64,000 nucleotides of DNA from the human T2T-CHM13v2.0 reference genome, Homo sapiens. Made by a program: the position numbers and the translations under genes. Below, one piece after another: positions 39,719 to 53,758 of the stretch. The notes under the pieces were generated by a model. The model worked only from the letters and a program-made list of their open reading frames with translations, did no database searches and was not told where the DNA came from. Position 1 is the stretch's first letter. The number at the start of each line of letters is the position of its first letter. The DNA is taken from NCBI RefSeq assembly GCF_009914755.1, contig NC_060929.1. The stretch is one strand, 5' to 3'.

Positions 39719-42700
39719 TATAAGCTCATGCTTTGAGGACTTTTCTTCTAGATTCTGTCTTACACACACAGGCACACATCACACACATAAAACTTCCCTT
39801 TAAGACCTGCAGCCTTCATAGCTTAAAAAATATTTTCCCAATAGAAAAGGAAACAATTTTCAAGTCATTTCCTGCATGTTAAGCAGGCATTTGTTTATAC
39901 TACCAGCCAAGCTTTCAAACTTCAAGGAAATGTATAATATTTTTCCCAGGGTGTTGGACTATAACATTTAAAAATTCTAAAATGATTGAAAGTATGTGAG
40001 AAACTGGTGCAAACACTGAAAGCTGGGGCAATAGGCTTATTCAGCGGCAGCCCAGGTGGGGGCCTTTCCCCAATTTGTTGTCTCCCTGGCTGCACACAGC
40101 CAGAGGTTAGATGTGCTCTGAGCCCTGGCACAACAAGACAAAGTCACTCCTTCTCCTCACTCTTCCCCTTTCTATTCTGATAAGTTTGCAAGCAGATTAC
40201 AAATTATCACCTAAACATCTTTACCTTCCACAATGGGATCTCTCTAGATATCATAGCAGGTGGCAAATTGGTCTGATTTATCATTATTTGCATTTTTAAT
40301 TTGTAGTATTTTAGGCCCAGAGAATTTTCATGAGTCTTAAAATGATAGCACAAACATTAATACATAATTCATCAGCTATTTTTCATAATACATGTGGTTA
40401 GCAACCCATTGATAAACAGAAAAATCATTACCACTTTAAGTAGGATAAAGTTAGTTCTTGCCCCCTATTCTTCCCCTCTGAAGTCTCAAAGGATAAATTG
40501 CCTGTGACTGAAACACCATCGACAGCCTCCGTGCTATTTTGTCAACAGGAAGAGCCTTCTTAGTTGTAGCTTTGTTATTCTTTAGAACCACCAGATGTTA
40601 AATAACTGCAATACGGTGTTTGTGGGGCTTCCACAGTCTCTGATTTGGGCACACTGGATGCTTTCAAATGTAAGCAAAAGATGAGAAAGCAAGAGAGATA
40701 CCCCTACCCCATACTGCTTTCTCTTTCCTTCCAAAGTCCTAAACCTCACTCTACAATATTCCCTTGTCATCCTTTCTTTCCATGTCCCCGCCCTGCCCCA
40801 CCAGGCATTGCTGTTTCCATAACTCAGTTGGAAGAAATATTAATTCCTCTAATTGTTTTGAAATAACAGCTCCACAGAAAAATAAAATGCATAGACAAAA
40901 TGCCCAGGAATTTGACTGGGAAGCAAATAAAGGAGACTAGCAAAATAAAATGGACCCTAACCAATTTTATCATAAAGATGATCAGTGAAGAAAACCAAGC
41001 AGATTAATTCAGGAGAGCTTCAGACATCACATTGTGTTCTTGGTGGCTGTTACCCAACTGAGGTAGACAAATTTTTTATTTTTCCTGGCTACTCTAGGTG
41101 CCTCTACACAGAGAGCGCATATTCCACAAGGATGAAGCACTTCTGAGAAGTCCAGCTCACACCAATCTTCCCTTTCTCTGGCTCCTACTGCATAGATAAA
41201 CCAATCAACCAAAATGTCATTTGTTGGCAGTGCTCCCAAAACCCATTTTAGGTACTGTGGGGAAGATCAAGAAGACACACTTTGCCCTCCATACACATAC
41301 AGTGAAGCAAATGATTGGGAACAGCTATTTAATGTGTATGGACTTTGTGCCCCCAACCAGCCTGTAAGTTTCTTTAGAGCTTCCTCGTTTCACTATATCC
41401 ATCAAACGCCGCTATTAAATCCACCCACGTAGGAAGAGTTTAAACCATAAAGAAAAGGAGTCACTTGCTTCATCAGTTGAAATGATTATTGTTTTAGGAT
41501 TTACTTTATTCCCTTCATCAAGTATTTCCGGAATGCTCACTAGTTTATTGGGTACCACACAAGGCACTGGGGAGGCCCCAGTGACCACATCAAGTTTTAA
41601 TATCTTTCTAGATCCAAGATTAGAGAGACATAAGAAAATCCTTGAACAGCTACATGATTTCCACACCAAAAATAATGGCTTGCTAGCGGGCATCTAACTC
41701 CAGCCACAATTTGCTGAAGACCTTGACATTGGCTGCAATTTTTGTTAATGACTAGTGTCTATTCTGGTGATAAATTAAAGTGACTCCAAAAACAATAGTC
41801 TGGGAAAACTAAATCCAGGCTTTTCATGGATGATGCTTCCTAGTCAGGAAGAGTTTTTCCCTGAATGAGTATTTTAGGGGATGTGGAGGATGACATATGA
41901 CATTTCCAATGAGAATCTGATAGTTTTTTACACAACTGATGGCATCAGGTCATCTCCATAATATGTGACTACAAGCAGCAACGTGTGGTCCCTTGAAAGC
42001 AGAACAGATTCAGAAAGAGTGCATTTTAGAAGACACTCTCTTGCTCTTTATTTTCTTTTTTATTACAATTTGACTTCTTTCCTGCTAAGCTGCTCTCCTC
42101 TGAGAAGATTTATAATGTCAGGAATGCACATATAAGGCTAACTGAATAACTAATAAAGTTCTAAAGGAACAGTTATGTTAATTTATACTGTGCCATTTGT
42201 CGACAATCCAAAAGACATTACTTGAAATAAAGGTAACTAGGTGGATGTTAACAGCAAGCAAATGTATTGATGCAAACTCTTATTCCAAGTAAGTCACTGA
42301 ATTGTAGAAAGGATTTTTCATCACGTTACTGGTGTTCTTAATTGTCCACAATTTTCATATTTACTTTTAAAATCAAAATATCATAGTAGATGCTTTCAAA
42401 CGAACTTCCAGTTTTAGATATTGCAAATACTGAAATATGCCAGATTTGAGTTTTACTAAAAAAAATGTCTCAGATGTAATTCCAAATGTTAGTTTAGTAT
42501 CATTTTATTTAGTAAGGCTGTCATGCTCCCACATATGGTAGAGAACTGTGCAATTTTCCAGATAATCTGATCCAAAAAAATATTTTTTTGCTTGAATTTT
42601 TAAAAAACTTTTTGGCTTGAAATATCTGAATTAATTGGTTTAGCTGTTCCTTTCGCACGGCCAATGCAGAATAGGTCAGAAGACTGAGCAACAAGCAAAG

Positions 42701-44020
42701 TTCAACCAATTCTCCTCAGCACATCCTTGACCTTAATGTTGGTAGGTAAGGTTTACTGTACAGAAAAAAACAAAAAAGAGGCTATATTCCTTAAGACTTT
42801 CTTTCAGTAATCTCTACCTCTACATCCACTAAGTTTTTCAGATGAGACCATACAATGTAGGATTTAGAGAAGTGGCTTCAATTTAGTGGTTGGGTCTCAG
42901 ATGGGGGACAGATGACATAAAGTAAACTTTTTAAATAATTATTATCTAGTCCCAATTTGTGGGCCCCTGCAACCTCCTGTTGGCCTGGCCTTTCTGTCCC
43001 TGGCTTATGGCATGAACATCTTCCTACAGAGGCTTCCATGGCCTCACCTACATACAACAAAATTTTCTCTCTCTTCAGTCCCAGTGCCTCACACTCCAAA
43101 TTCTCCAATTAATCTTATTTACCAGACAAGTTAATTTCCCAAACTCTAGTTTTCATCACTTTAGTTCCCTAATTACTTTCCATGGCTTTCCCTTTCCTAC
43201 AAGACAACCTTAAAAGTGCTCAGCCTGACCTGCTGGGTCCTTTGAGATCCTTCCCCAACTGATCTCTTCAGCTTTCCTCCTGAATGGCCTACAGGAAGCC
43301 TGTATTTGAGTCACATGGAACTACTCATCCTCCCTGCTCTGGCGCATTCTGAGACTCATCTTCACTTACCTCCTCCAAATGCCTACTCTCTCTTCGTAAT
43401 GACCCAACCACTCCTACTCATTAAGGCCCAACCCAATTACATCTCCTTTGAGCCCTCCCTGAAAAACGTGTCCCAGGAGAGCCTTCCTTGGTATGAGCTG
43501 GTACCCATTCTTGGCTGTATAATTGTATGCCATACAGGGGCAGCTCCCCCAATGACATCTAGTTTGGACCATGAAGTTTTCACTTGCGGTAACAGCTCTG
43601 TGTGCAATACCTCTTTGTATGTCATGTAGCACATGATAGTCTCTGGTTGAATGGCAGCATGAGAAATAATGAGCCCAGTTGTGGTTCCTACTCTTCCAGC
43701 TATACCTTCTGCAGTGGGCAATCCTTTATCATTCAGGTAAAAACAAGTGAAACCTCACAAGCTCAATATACAAGCAAGGCTCTGGCCCTCAGTTTCCTGA
43801 AGTGGCCAAGAGTTGACTCTGGGGTCTGAGTGCTTAGATTAGAAAAATGGTTTCGCTATTTACTAGCTATGTGATCCTCTCTCTACTTCTGTGCCGTCAT
43901 ATAAAATGAGGCTGATAACAGTACTCATGTCATATGGTTGCTGAGAAGATTAAATAAGATCATATAGATAAGGTGGTTAGTGCTAGGCACACAATAAGTG
44001 CCCATTAAATATTTGCTCTT

Positions 44021-44453
<433 letters not shown>

Positions 44454-45111
44454 CTAGGCTGACCTGGCAGGTCAAGGTGTTCTCAGAGTGATTTAATTAG
44501 AGCTTTCGCCTGAGCTCGTCTACTAGGTTGACACACTCTACAGAGACAGTTTCATTCTTATTTTCTTAAACCTCCTCCTCAGCCCATTGACAAGAAAATG
44601 GCAAGAACTTCCCAGGTTTAAGAAAAGCTGCAGCCAGGTCTTCCTATTAGACTGAGACTGATCAAGACATTCCAGGATGAGAGAGATGTGAACAAGACAA
44701 ATCAAAGCCACATAGGTGAAATAATCAAGAAGTCTAAGCCCTGCACTAGGAAATAACCACAGGTCCTTAGGTGTCCTAGACACTCCTGAGCTCCCTGAGG
44801 CGGAGCTAAGGCATTGACATCAGAACCACAACATAATCCTGCCTGCACTCGCCTGTCTTTTACTGCATGCATTTGTACTCAAGTCACTTCTTACCGCATT
44901 CATGTAGTTTAAAGCATTTCACCCAGAGGGCTGCTTTTCCTCAGGCCTATCTCTGATAAGTGAGATGTGTTCCCCTCCTCCCCTGGGCCTGCTCAGTAAG
45001 ATCCTGAAGCTTCCCTCTTTCTTAGATTTGAAGACAACCCATTTCACACTGGACACACGTGGAAGAGCCCCCTGGGCAACCTGCCTGCAGGGTGCTAAGT
45101 GGAAGAGTTAC

Positions 45112-45889
45112 CTTAAATTCAGTCTCAATGTTGGCTAGTCTGGCTAACTCGTTGCTGAGCTCCAGGGCGGTGAGGACAGGGTCTTCGCTGGACAGGGACA
45201 AGTAGGCAGCACTCGCCAGTCCTTTGTAGGCGTTCATGCGCGAGCGCGAGTGGCTGAAGGAGTCTTTCCGCTGTTTCTCGGTGCACTCATTGCACTTGCA
45301 GAAGTAGTCGTGGGGCCGCTCGATGCGGGCGCCCTTGAGCAGCAGGATGTGCACGATCTCATACTCCTGGCAGTGCGCCGCCAGGATGATGGGCGTGATG
45401 TCGTGGGAGAAGCGCGTGCCGTCCTCGTCGTAGGCATAGAAGTCGTCGTCGCGCAGCTCCTGTTCCAGCGGGCTGAGCGTCAGGCGCTGGCCCTGCGCGA
45501 AGGCCGGGTGGTTGAGGATGGCCTCCACGATGCGCACATAGCCCTTGCTGATGGCCAGCAGCAGCGCGTCCCCCACCCGTGCCAGGTTCTCCTTCTTCAG
45601 CAGCAGCTCCGTGACCTCTAGGTGCTCGTTGCCCACGGCCAGCTGCAGAGCGTTCTGCCCCATGTAGTCCACACAGTTGAAGTTAAGGGTCTTGGACTCC
45701 TCCAGCATTTTCCGGACCACCGGGATGTTGCCATACTCAGCCGAGTCCAGGAAGCGCTCCTCCTCGGGCGTCAGACTGGTGCCCTTCTCGTTGAACATGT
45801 AGGCGGGACCCCGGATGGCCTGGCGACGGCCCTTCTCCCTCAGCGTTGTGTGCCGGCGCTGCATGTTTTTGAAGGTGCTGTTCCTCAAC
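45112..45889 (-). CDS. TRPC7: TRPC7 exon 2 (778 nt; codons 1(part)-260): ankyrin repeats and [10 protein letters not shown] zinc-binding motif
   Basis: ORF 45022..45900 translates [32 protein letters not shown]...ANIETEFK, the TRPC7 N-terminus. Acceptor ttgtcccatag|G at 45890/45889; donor GAATTTAAG|gtaact at 45112/45111. Confidence 0.98.
45150..45870. promoter_or_regulatory. Intragenic CpG island coinciding with exon 2
   Basis: Dense CpGs (e.g. gcgcgagcgcgag, gtcgtcgtcgcgc, ggcgacggc) against CpG-depleted flanking introns. Confidence 0.8.
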
Positions 45890-48800
45890 CTATGGGACAA
45901 GGCAAAGATGCCCTGTTACTTTCCTGCGGATTCCCTAGCAGTAGAGCACACAAAAATGGTTGAGATACACAAAGAATATCATGCTTGGAATCTTATGAGG
46001 AATTGTGCAATCTTACAAATCATTGTCTTAATCATCAAGATTCAGACACACTGGGTTACCTGTACTATTTCTTTCAAGTGGTAGAATATGACTCAGTTGT
46101 CTGCCTCTATACTCCTTGGGTGGAGACGGGGTGGCAGAGCTGAAAAATGGATTTAGAAGGACCCTAATAAGAGATGGAGGCTGGGGCGTAGGGTGGTGGT
46201 ATGGCTGAAGCAGGCAGGAGGCTATTGGTTTTATTTCCGTTTATATAAAGTCGAGAGAGCCACTAAACCCCTCTATGCTTTAGTTTTCCCACCTGTACAA
46301 TGTGGATAACTTACATGTGCTGCAGAGTCTGTAGGAGGATTAAATGAAGTAATTTGTAAGTAGAAAGTATAAGTCAATGTAGGTTTTATTCTGTTCCCTC
46401 TTGCCTCTTTTTATGCCCAGCTCTCCAAGGGCTGTGCCATAGAGTTGGCCATCACAAATATGGCTGCCTTCGGTTCAGATGTCTCCCCCTGAATGAGCTC
46501 CTACACCATGGCAAAACTGCAGCAATATGCATGCATGCATATCACACGTGTCCGTTTCTACATTCTGTGCTGTTCTTTATGGGGACAGTGCTTTCTGGTC
46601 CACACACAACCTAGGCACCTATTAAAGGGCAAGATGTGGCAGGGAGCAGGACTAGAATCCTGTCACTTTCTGATGGCCACTGAAGCAACCCTTCTGAGAG
46701 AATTCAGCCTTAGCTTCTTAAGATTGAGCCTGGATTTCTATATGGATGGAAGAAATAGCTCAACTTATATGCTGGGTCCCCTTCTTACTTATTGCTGTTT
46801 CCCAGTGTGGCCTAGTGTAGAGCTTAATACTAATGCTACTAATAATAGCAGTTAACATTTATTAAGCACCTAATATATGCCAGGTATTATACTAAGAGCT
46901 TCACATATATTAACTTGTGTAATTCTTGCATCAAATCTGTGAGGAAGGTGCTATTATTCTCCTCATCCTCAGATGAAGATACTAAGAGTAGGGGGGCTGA
47001 AAGACAGACTTTGAAGTTAGAAGGTTTAGAGTAGGAATCCGGGCTCCATCATTTGCCAGTCTTGGACAATGTAAGTTACCCAAACTTACATTACCAAAGT
47101 GTTGAAACAGCAAACTAGAGACAATAACAGCTACTGTGTAATTTGAGCTCAAGTCAGGGATATGCCATCTCCAGCTAGCCTTGAGACCTTGAGCAGGTCC
47201 CAGCTTCTAGATCTCAGATAACTATGAAATAGAGGGGCTGGACCAGGTGTTTCCTAAGCCTCTACCAACTTGCACATCTTAAACTTTTTTGATTCTCCAA
47301 TTGGTTCTACCTGTATTTTCTATTTTTCTTTTCTACTCTACCTCCACTCACATTATTCAGAGAATATTAGAATGGCATAAATTTTATCAAGAGTGTATCC
47401 GTTTTAAAGAGTAAGTACTTGGATATTTGTTTTTAACTATTTTCTATGGTCCCAGAGAATTGTCTTTTTTTAATTTGTTATGTCTTCATGCATAAACAAT
47501 ACTCAGTATTTCACTTTAGCCATTTTTAAAAATAGTCAAACAAAAATGATCACAGAGAAAGGCTTTAAAATTAAATCCAATTTTTTGAGATTTTTAAAAA
47601 GTTATGCAATTAGCCTTGTGAATGTTTAAATTGGGGACTCCATTTAGTTTTCTGCTCATTGTACCTTTCGACCTGCTCAAACCTTTTTGGTTTTAGCTCC
47701 TTGGGGGCCGTATGTCTGGTATAAAGCAAATAATGCAGATCAGATCTTGGTACTCTAATCCTGCCTGGAGCTGAGTCACACTTCCCTTGGGAAAAAGCTC
47801 CTAAATTATATATGGAGCAACTTCTTTATCTGCACAAAATAAAAAGAATAATTATGGGCAACTCCCTCAAAAGGCAACTGTGGGTGATAAATCCTAATAG
47901 AGAGCTCTGTACACCTTTAGGAAGAGCGTCTGAACCACCATCCACTTTTTTAAAGTGCACTTTGATAAAAGATTGCTGGGGAAAAGACTGTCAGAATTCA
48001 AATTCATGAGATCCTTCTGAGCCCATTCCTTTCAACAATGCCATCATTCCAGAGACAGTCTGCTCAATGGTACCAAAGGCAGACTGTGGATTAGGAGTCC
48101 CAGAAAAACCTTTACAGGAGAGAAAGATTCACAAATAGTGTGCAGGCACTTATTATTATAGGGTTTTCAGAAAGAGAAAGTTACTGAGTCGAAAGCTAAG
48201 CAGTTACCCTATTTGTATTCCCAAGAGGCTTTGTTTCAGGAGATGTAATGAACTCAGTTTCAAGGCCTGTCATCTGGGCACACACACACACACACACACA
48301 GGTAGAAGATGAGCCCAAAGAAGACTAATAATAATCTTTTTCATGGAAGTACTCAGCCTGTCCTACAATAGGCTTCTACTTCTCTCAGAAACACTTTTTT
48401 TTATTCTTAGCCATCACAACTCAACCTGAGAAAAAGCAGTTTACACTCAAGAGCATCTGAGCAGTGTGTCAGATACGAAACAGCAGCTGTCCGAGAAGAA
48501 GCTGCAATACAGCTTGATTCCACGGCACTTTTCCATTAGAGGTCTGCTCAAGAGGGAGAATAGGTCAGACTACAAGGTCAAGGGTACCCAACTATTACAC
48601 AGCAACAAGCCATGGAGAGATTAACTCAAAGGAAATTTAATGACTACTGAACCAAGTCATAGCAGAGAAATATTTCACAAGGAACACGTAAGTACTCAAT
48701 CTAAATTCAGAGTCCCTGTGAATATCATAGACACTGCAGCCTACAAACTTAAAGGATATTCAAGCATTGTTTGTTAATTCCACTCATTACAAAACAAAAC

Positions 48801-51800
48801 AAAACAAAACAAAACATAAAAAGCAAAGTATTAGCATTCTCATCTTTTAGGTGAAGAAACTCTGGTAGGTCAAGTGAAAAGACTAAATCTTAAGTCCTAA
48901 GACTTTGGACAAATAATTTCTGCACAAGGGTAGGGCATCATATAAATCTTGATGTTTCTACAATAATTATGTTTTATCAAAAAAAATATGTGTATAGCTA
49001 GTACTTGGCAGACGTTAAAATGTCCTCACCATTTGACAAGCATTTTTCTGAATGACCTTGAAAGCAGACACCCAGATGTAGTAAGAAATAAACAAGACTC
49101 TTTCGCAGCCTTTAAAACCTCAGCCTTGAAAAACATTTGGATGCTCACAAAATCATCAATTCTGTTCCTTTCCTAGCAGAATTTAGCATTAAAAATGAAA
49201 TCTTATGAGCCTTAGAGTCATGTATGCATATAAGCAGATAATGGCATGTGCTACTCAGTGAAATTGCTTCCAATGCGAGGGGCTTCACAATAGACTATGA
49301 AGCCATGAGAATTGATGCAGATATTGATGGAGGCCTTTTAACCTCACTGTGGCCTTTTTATTAGCTCTGACTCCCTCTTACCCTAATATCCCTCTAATGA
49401 TACTTTTTAGACATTTATGCACTTGTGAATATATTCAGCCACCATATCCTTGCTATTTAATTTTGATATCACAGATATTCATGTTTTAGCTATACATATC
49501 ACACGGGTTGGAAAGAATCCACAAAAGATGCTGTGTCAGAAAGATAAAGTCACATGTCTCTCAATAGTTGGTGGCCAAAGCTTACACTCATGAATCAGAT
49601 GTGCTGCCCTGATGAACTCTGGAGATCTTATCACAGTTTTAGGGCCAATGATAAGCAAAATGAATCTCCCTAAAATGCAATTGGCATTTGATTGCCCTTA
49701 TTTTAGTATTTTTCTTAAAAATGAACTTTGAATGCAAATACATTTTTATTTGCACATATTATTGAGATAATGTGTGATTAAATACCCCAATTAAGACACT
49801 TTGTTTTACATTTTCCAGAAATGCATACAATTAACATTTGATGTCATTTGGAAGAAGGATTCCAGCGGAAACAAAACCATATATGAGAGGAGGACTGATT
49901 ATTAAACTCCCTCTTGATCCTTCAGTTGTTATTTTTATCAAGCTGCTCTTACAGATGCATCAGCCAGTCTGAAGGAAGCCAGATGTCATTGACCCATGAA
50001 AAGTATAAATCTTGTGCCCTAAGTCCAGCTGCAGATGAGCATGGCCATAAAGCCTTTTGGAGACAGAAATTGTGGTTAATTACTGAAGAAGAAAAGGCCA
50101 CTTAATCAAAATGTTTTTTTAGAGATATTTGTTGTCTCTTTTCTAAAATGCTACATGCATCAAAATTCTCTATGGAAATTATCCAAGCTTAAAATCAATT
50201 CAGCCTGTAATATTCCCCAACTGGATATAGAACCAAACAGAATCTAGGAGTCAGATCAAACACCCAGGAAAACTCAGCTTTGATCTGTGCATCTTCTCCC
50301 AAGAGTACATATTCTGAGTATTAGTCTAGAGCAACAGTGATGAAATAGTCATTTGGAGTCTTCTCCTAAACCACAGTTCTCTTGCCAAAATAAAGGGAGT
50401 AATAAAGCCCATTCCTCATGTTCCTCAGGAGCACAGTGAGGATTAAATAATGTCTACCAAATGCCCTGGATACCATAACACTTTATACAAATGTTCATGA
50501 CAATAATGATCAAAATCTTACCTATCAATGCACTTAGGTACACAATTATTAGAATTGTCTCACATTTTACTGTACATTGATATACTCAGCTTAGCTATTT
50601 TTCTAAATGACTATACAATAGTTATATTTAACATATATTACACATTTACCATGTAGACACTGTCCTAAGTGCTTTACATAAATTACTGTTTTAAATAAAT
50701 TATCTTCTGATAAGGTTAGCTATTTTCCTGAATGACTATTTAATCATAGTGACTAACATTTGTTTCACATTAACCATGTGCCAGCCACCATGCTGAGTAA
50801 TTTATGTACATTGTCATTTATATTTATTTATTCATTTATTTTTCAAATAAGATATAAAGAGAAATTTAACATTATAGATACTCAACACAATAAAGCCAGC
50901 CTGTAAAGACAAATGGCAATGTAATGATGAATGAATTGTAAATATAAACATATAAAAAAGGAGGTAAGTACATAAATCATTAAGCAAAAATGATTAGAAA
51001 TGTATAGCGAACATGACACATTTGAGAACATGCATTATCATTTTAAGTTCTCACAAACTATTACATGGTTTAGGTGCTATTGTCATTCCCATTTAACAGA
51101 TGATGAAGTGATGGTCAAATTAATTAACCACTTTTCCGAAGCTACACAATGTGTCAGTGGTGGACTCACTATTAAGGATCTAGTCTGTCTGCTTTGAAAG
51201 TTTGTGCTTTTGGCTAGTATGCCACTGCCAGCCATCTTCTTTTTGTCTTTCTGTTTTTTTGTTTTGTTTTGTTTTTTGTTTTTCTGAGTTTCTTTAGGCT
51301 ATAACTTTTTCCATTAGAGTTCAAGATCCTTGAGGGTAGGGAATACTCGTGTATATGGCATATGCACCTGGTGCCCTGTACTCCTGATGCCTTGCATATG
51401 GTGCTTGGTCAATCAACTTAATTCATTCCTAAATATTTGAATCTGGGTTGATCATTTAAGAAGATCAGTACACTGGAGCTGTTGGTGTTTACCAGCATCT
51501 TCCTTCTCACAAAATGCAGGAGCCATATAATTCTATGACTGTTATTTCCTACTTATGACTGGCAACATTTAAAATAAGGTATGAATTCCTAAGTAAAATC
51601 AGTTTCTAATTAGCTCCACTATAAATTATGGCCCATAAGTTGCTAGATGAAGCAGCTAATATCAGAGGGCATATGATGTCCCTTGGTGACTGAGCAGAAA
51701 ATTGAGACATTCTCACTTCTTCACACTACTCCTGAAAATTTTTACATATTTCCCAAGGCATCCAACTTATTTCTAAGTATCACCTTCCTTTTTCTGTTGA

Positions 51801-53756
51801 AATTGAGGTGAGATAGTGAACGTAAACTATTTATCATTGCCTTGTAAGTGCTCTAGTGAAATTGGATATTATTAGCTCTATTTAACTTATTACAAATATA
51901 TTAATTGTGGGTTTAAGGCATTTAAGTTCCCATCTAAGCTACTGATAATAATTTGCTTGTACAACATATATACTTTAAATAAAAGAAAAAAAAGATATAT
52001 ACCTAACTACCCCAAGGTATACACGAGTTCATACATTTCACCAGTTAAATCCTACAGGAAACAAGCAAAGTATCCTTCTTTTACTCATTAAAATGTTTTA
52101 TATTAAGATATACTTTCCAAATAATTCTACTAATGTGGGATGGTTTTTCCATTGCATCTTGGAATAAAAATATTATCTAGTGTTCCTGAATGTTAATAAG
52201 TGTTTCTATTAGTAATTTATTTTCTACCAAGTAACATCATTTAGAGAAGAAGTTATCCTCAGTTTTTTCAAACTGTCCTAGGTACCACCTATCCAAATAT
52301 AACTAGTGCTTTGTATGTGCTTCTATTTTTCTTTTTACTTTTAAAATCCTTATTTTCCTATTTGGAAGTTGGAAGTTATGAAACTGGATGTCTATATCTC
52401 ATTGTGTATAGCTCCAGGTGGAGCTGAAACAAGTTTTGATAGCTTTATTTTTAAAAAAGATTTTTCTTGAAATAAAATAGATATGTGTAACCTTTTGATG
52501 ATTTCACTGACCTCTATGATAAGAGTCTGAAATAAACATCTACTACTGAGAAAGAAAGAGAGGCCCTTATATTATGAAATGACAATACTGAAAAAAAGTA
52601 ACATGCTTAATATTTATATGGAGGGAAATGTTGATTGCCTTTACTAAGCAAGAGCTCCTGGTAGCTCTCATCCAAGATACCGCATGCATTCTGCAATTAG
52701 CCTCAATGAGGCTCCACATAGTTCTGATTTTTTTCTGGGTTAATTACTGCCTAAAGGAGTTATCTAGTCTACATGCACCTAAGTTTAGGAGCAAGTGTTT
52801 TTGGAAATAAATATTTATGAAAGGGTAATTGTGACATAGAAGTTTGGTAAGCTTTTAAATAATTGAATCAATGTCATTGTTAAAAAGATCTTGGAGATTG
52901 GGTTTGCATCACATCCATAATGAATATTCTGGATTTAATGTGAATTCATTCATAAATTTGATGTGTACTCGGTGCTTCAGAAATAAGACCCACCAGCAGG
53001 TGGCATTCTGAGGCAAAAATTCACTGAGTGCCACCAGACAGGGTCAATCATTATTGCCTTTTCTGAGTCTACCCTGAATCCATTACGCCTCTAAATTATA
53101 ATTAATAGCAATAGCATTTTGGTTGTGTCTACTCAATCATAGGTAAATGAATTTACAACTTCAAACTTAAAGGGGAGATTATGAGAGTTTCAAAGCTCTG
53201 CCTAGATTACACCTCTTTCATTAGGAGCATATTTGTTATTTTGAAATGGATGTCTAAAGGAGATACATAGCTCAGACCATATTTTCAACAAGAAGAAAAG
53301 AAAAATGACAATCTCTTTCTTGCCACCTGTAGTTCTTTAACAGTGGCTACTTATTAGAATATAACCCTCTCCCTTCTCTCACCCCTATATTTATATTATG
53401 ATAAATACAACCACATAAATACATTAGAAAGCTGTCAGTAGTGAAGGGAAAGAAGAGACAACACCTATACACTCATCTAGGAATAAAACTATATTACTCT
53501 AGCACAAAAGGAATAGGCTACCGACATGAGTTGTCCGTTTCTAAATGGCTTTGAAAACTTAGACATTCTATAAAAGAAAAAAAAAATTTCTTCTACCAAC
53601 TCAACAAATAAGAAAGATCTCAGATCCATCTAAAAATCTAAGCAGTGCACTAGAGGAAGAAGGCTGATAAATGAAAGTTCAATTACATATTTTAGCGAGA
53701 ACACAACCTCTACTGGAAAAAAAAATCAATATGAAAGAACCATCATAGCTGCTTAC

Positions 53757-53758
53757 AT
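53757..53758 (-). CDS. TRPC7: TRPC7 exon 1 coding part: first two bases (AT) of the split initiation codon
   Basis: Minus strand reads CAAT|gtaagc (donor GT at 53756-53755). Joining to exon 2 (tag|G TTG AGG AAC AGC) gives ATG TTG AGG AAC AGC ACC TTC = MLRNSTF, the known TRPC7 N-terminus. Confidence 0.9.

Noticed and set aside
45022-45111. 29-codon read-through past the exon 2 donor as a truncated isoform
   Set aside because: The donor AAG|gtaact is good and I see no canonical AATAAA close downstream on the minus strand; no support from sequence alone.
45890-45900. ORF-track start 'MSHR' for the 292-aa ORF
   Set aside because: It is a TTG in the intron's acceptor region; the real start is the split AT|G.
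45234-45963. Overlapping ORFs (67, 123 and 113 aa) on exon 2
   Set aside because: Shadow frames expected from GC-rich, stop-poor coding sequence; no recognisable protein.
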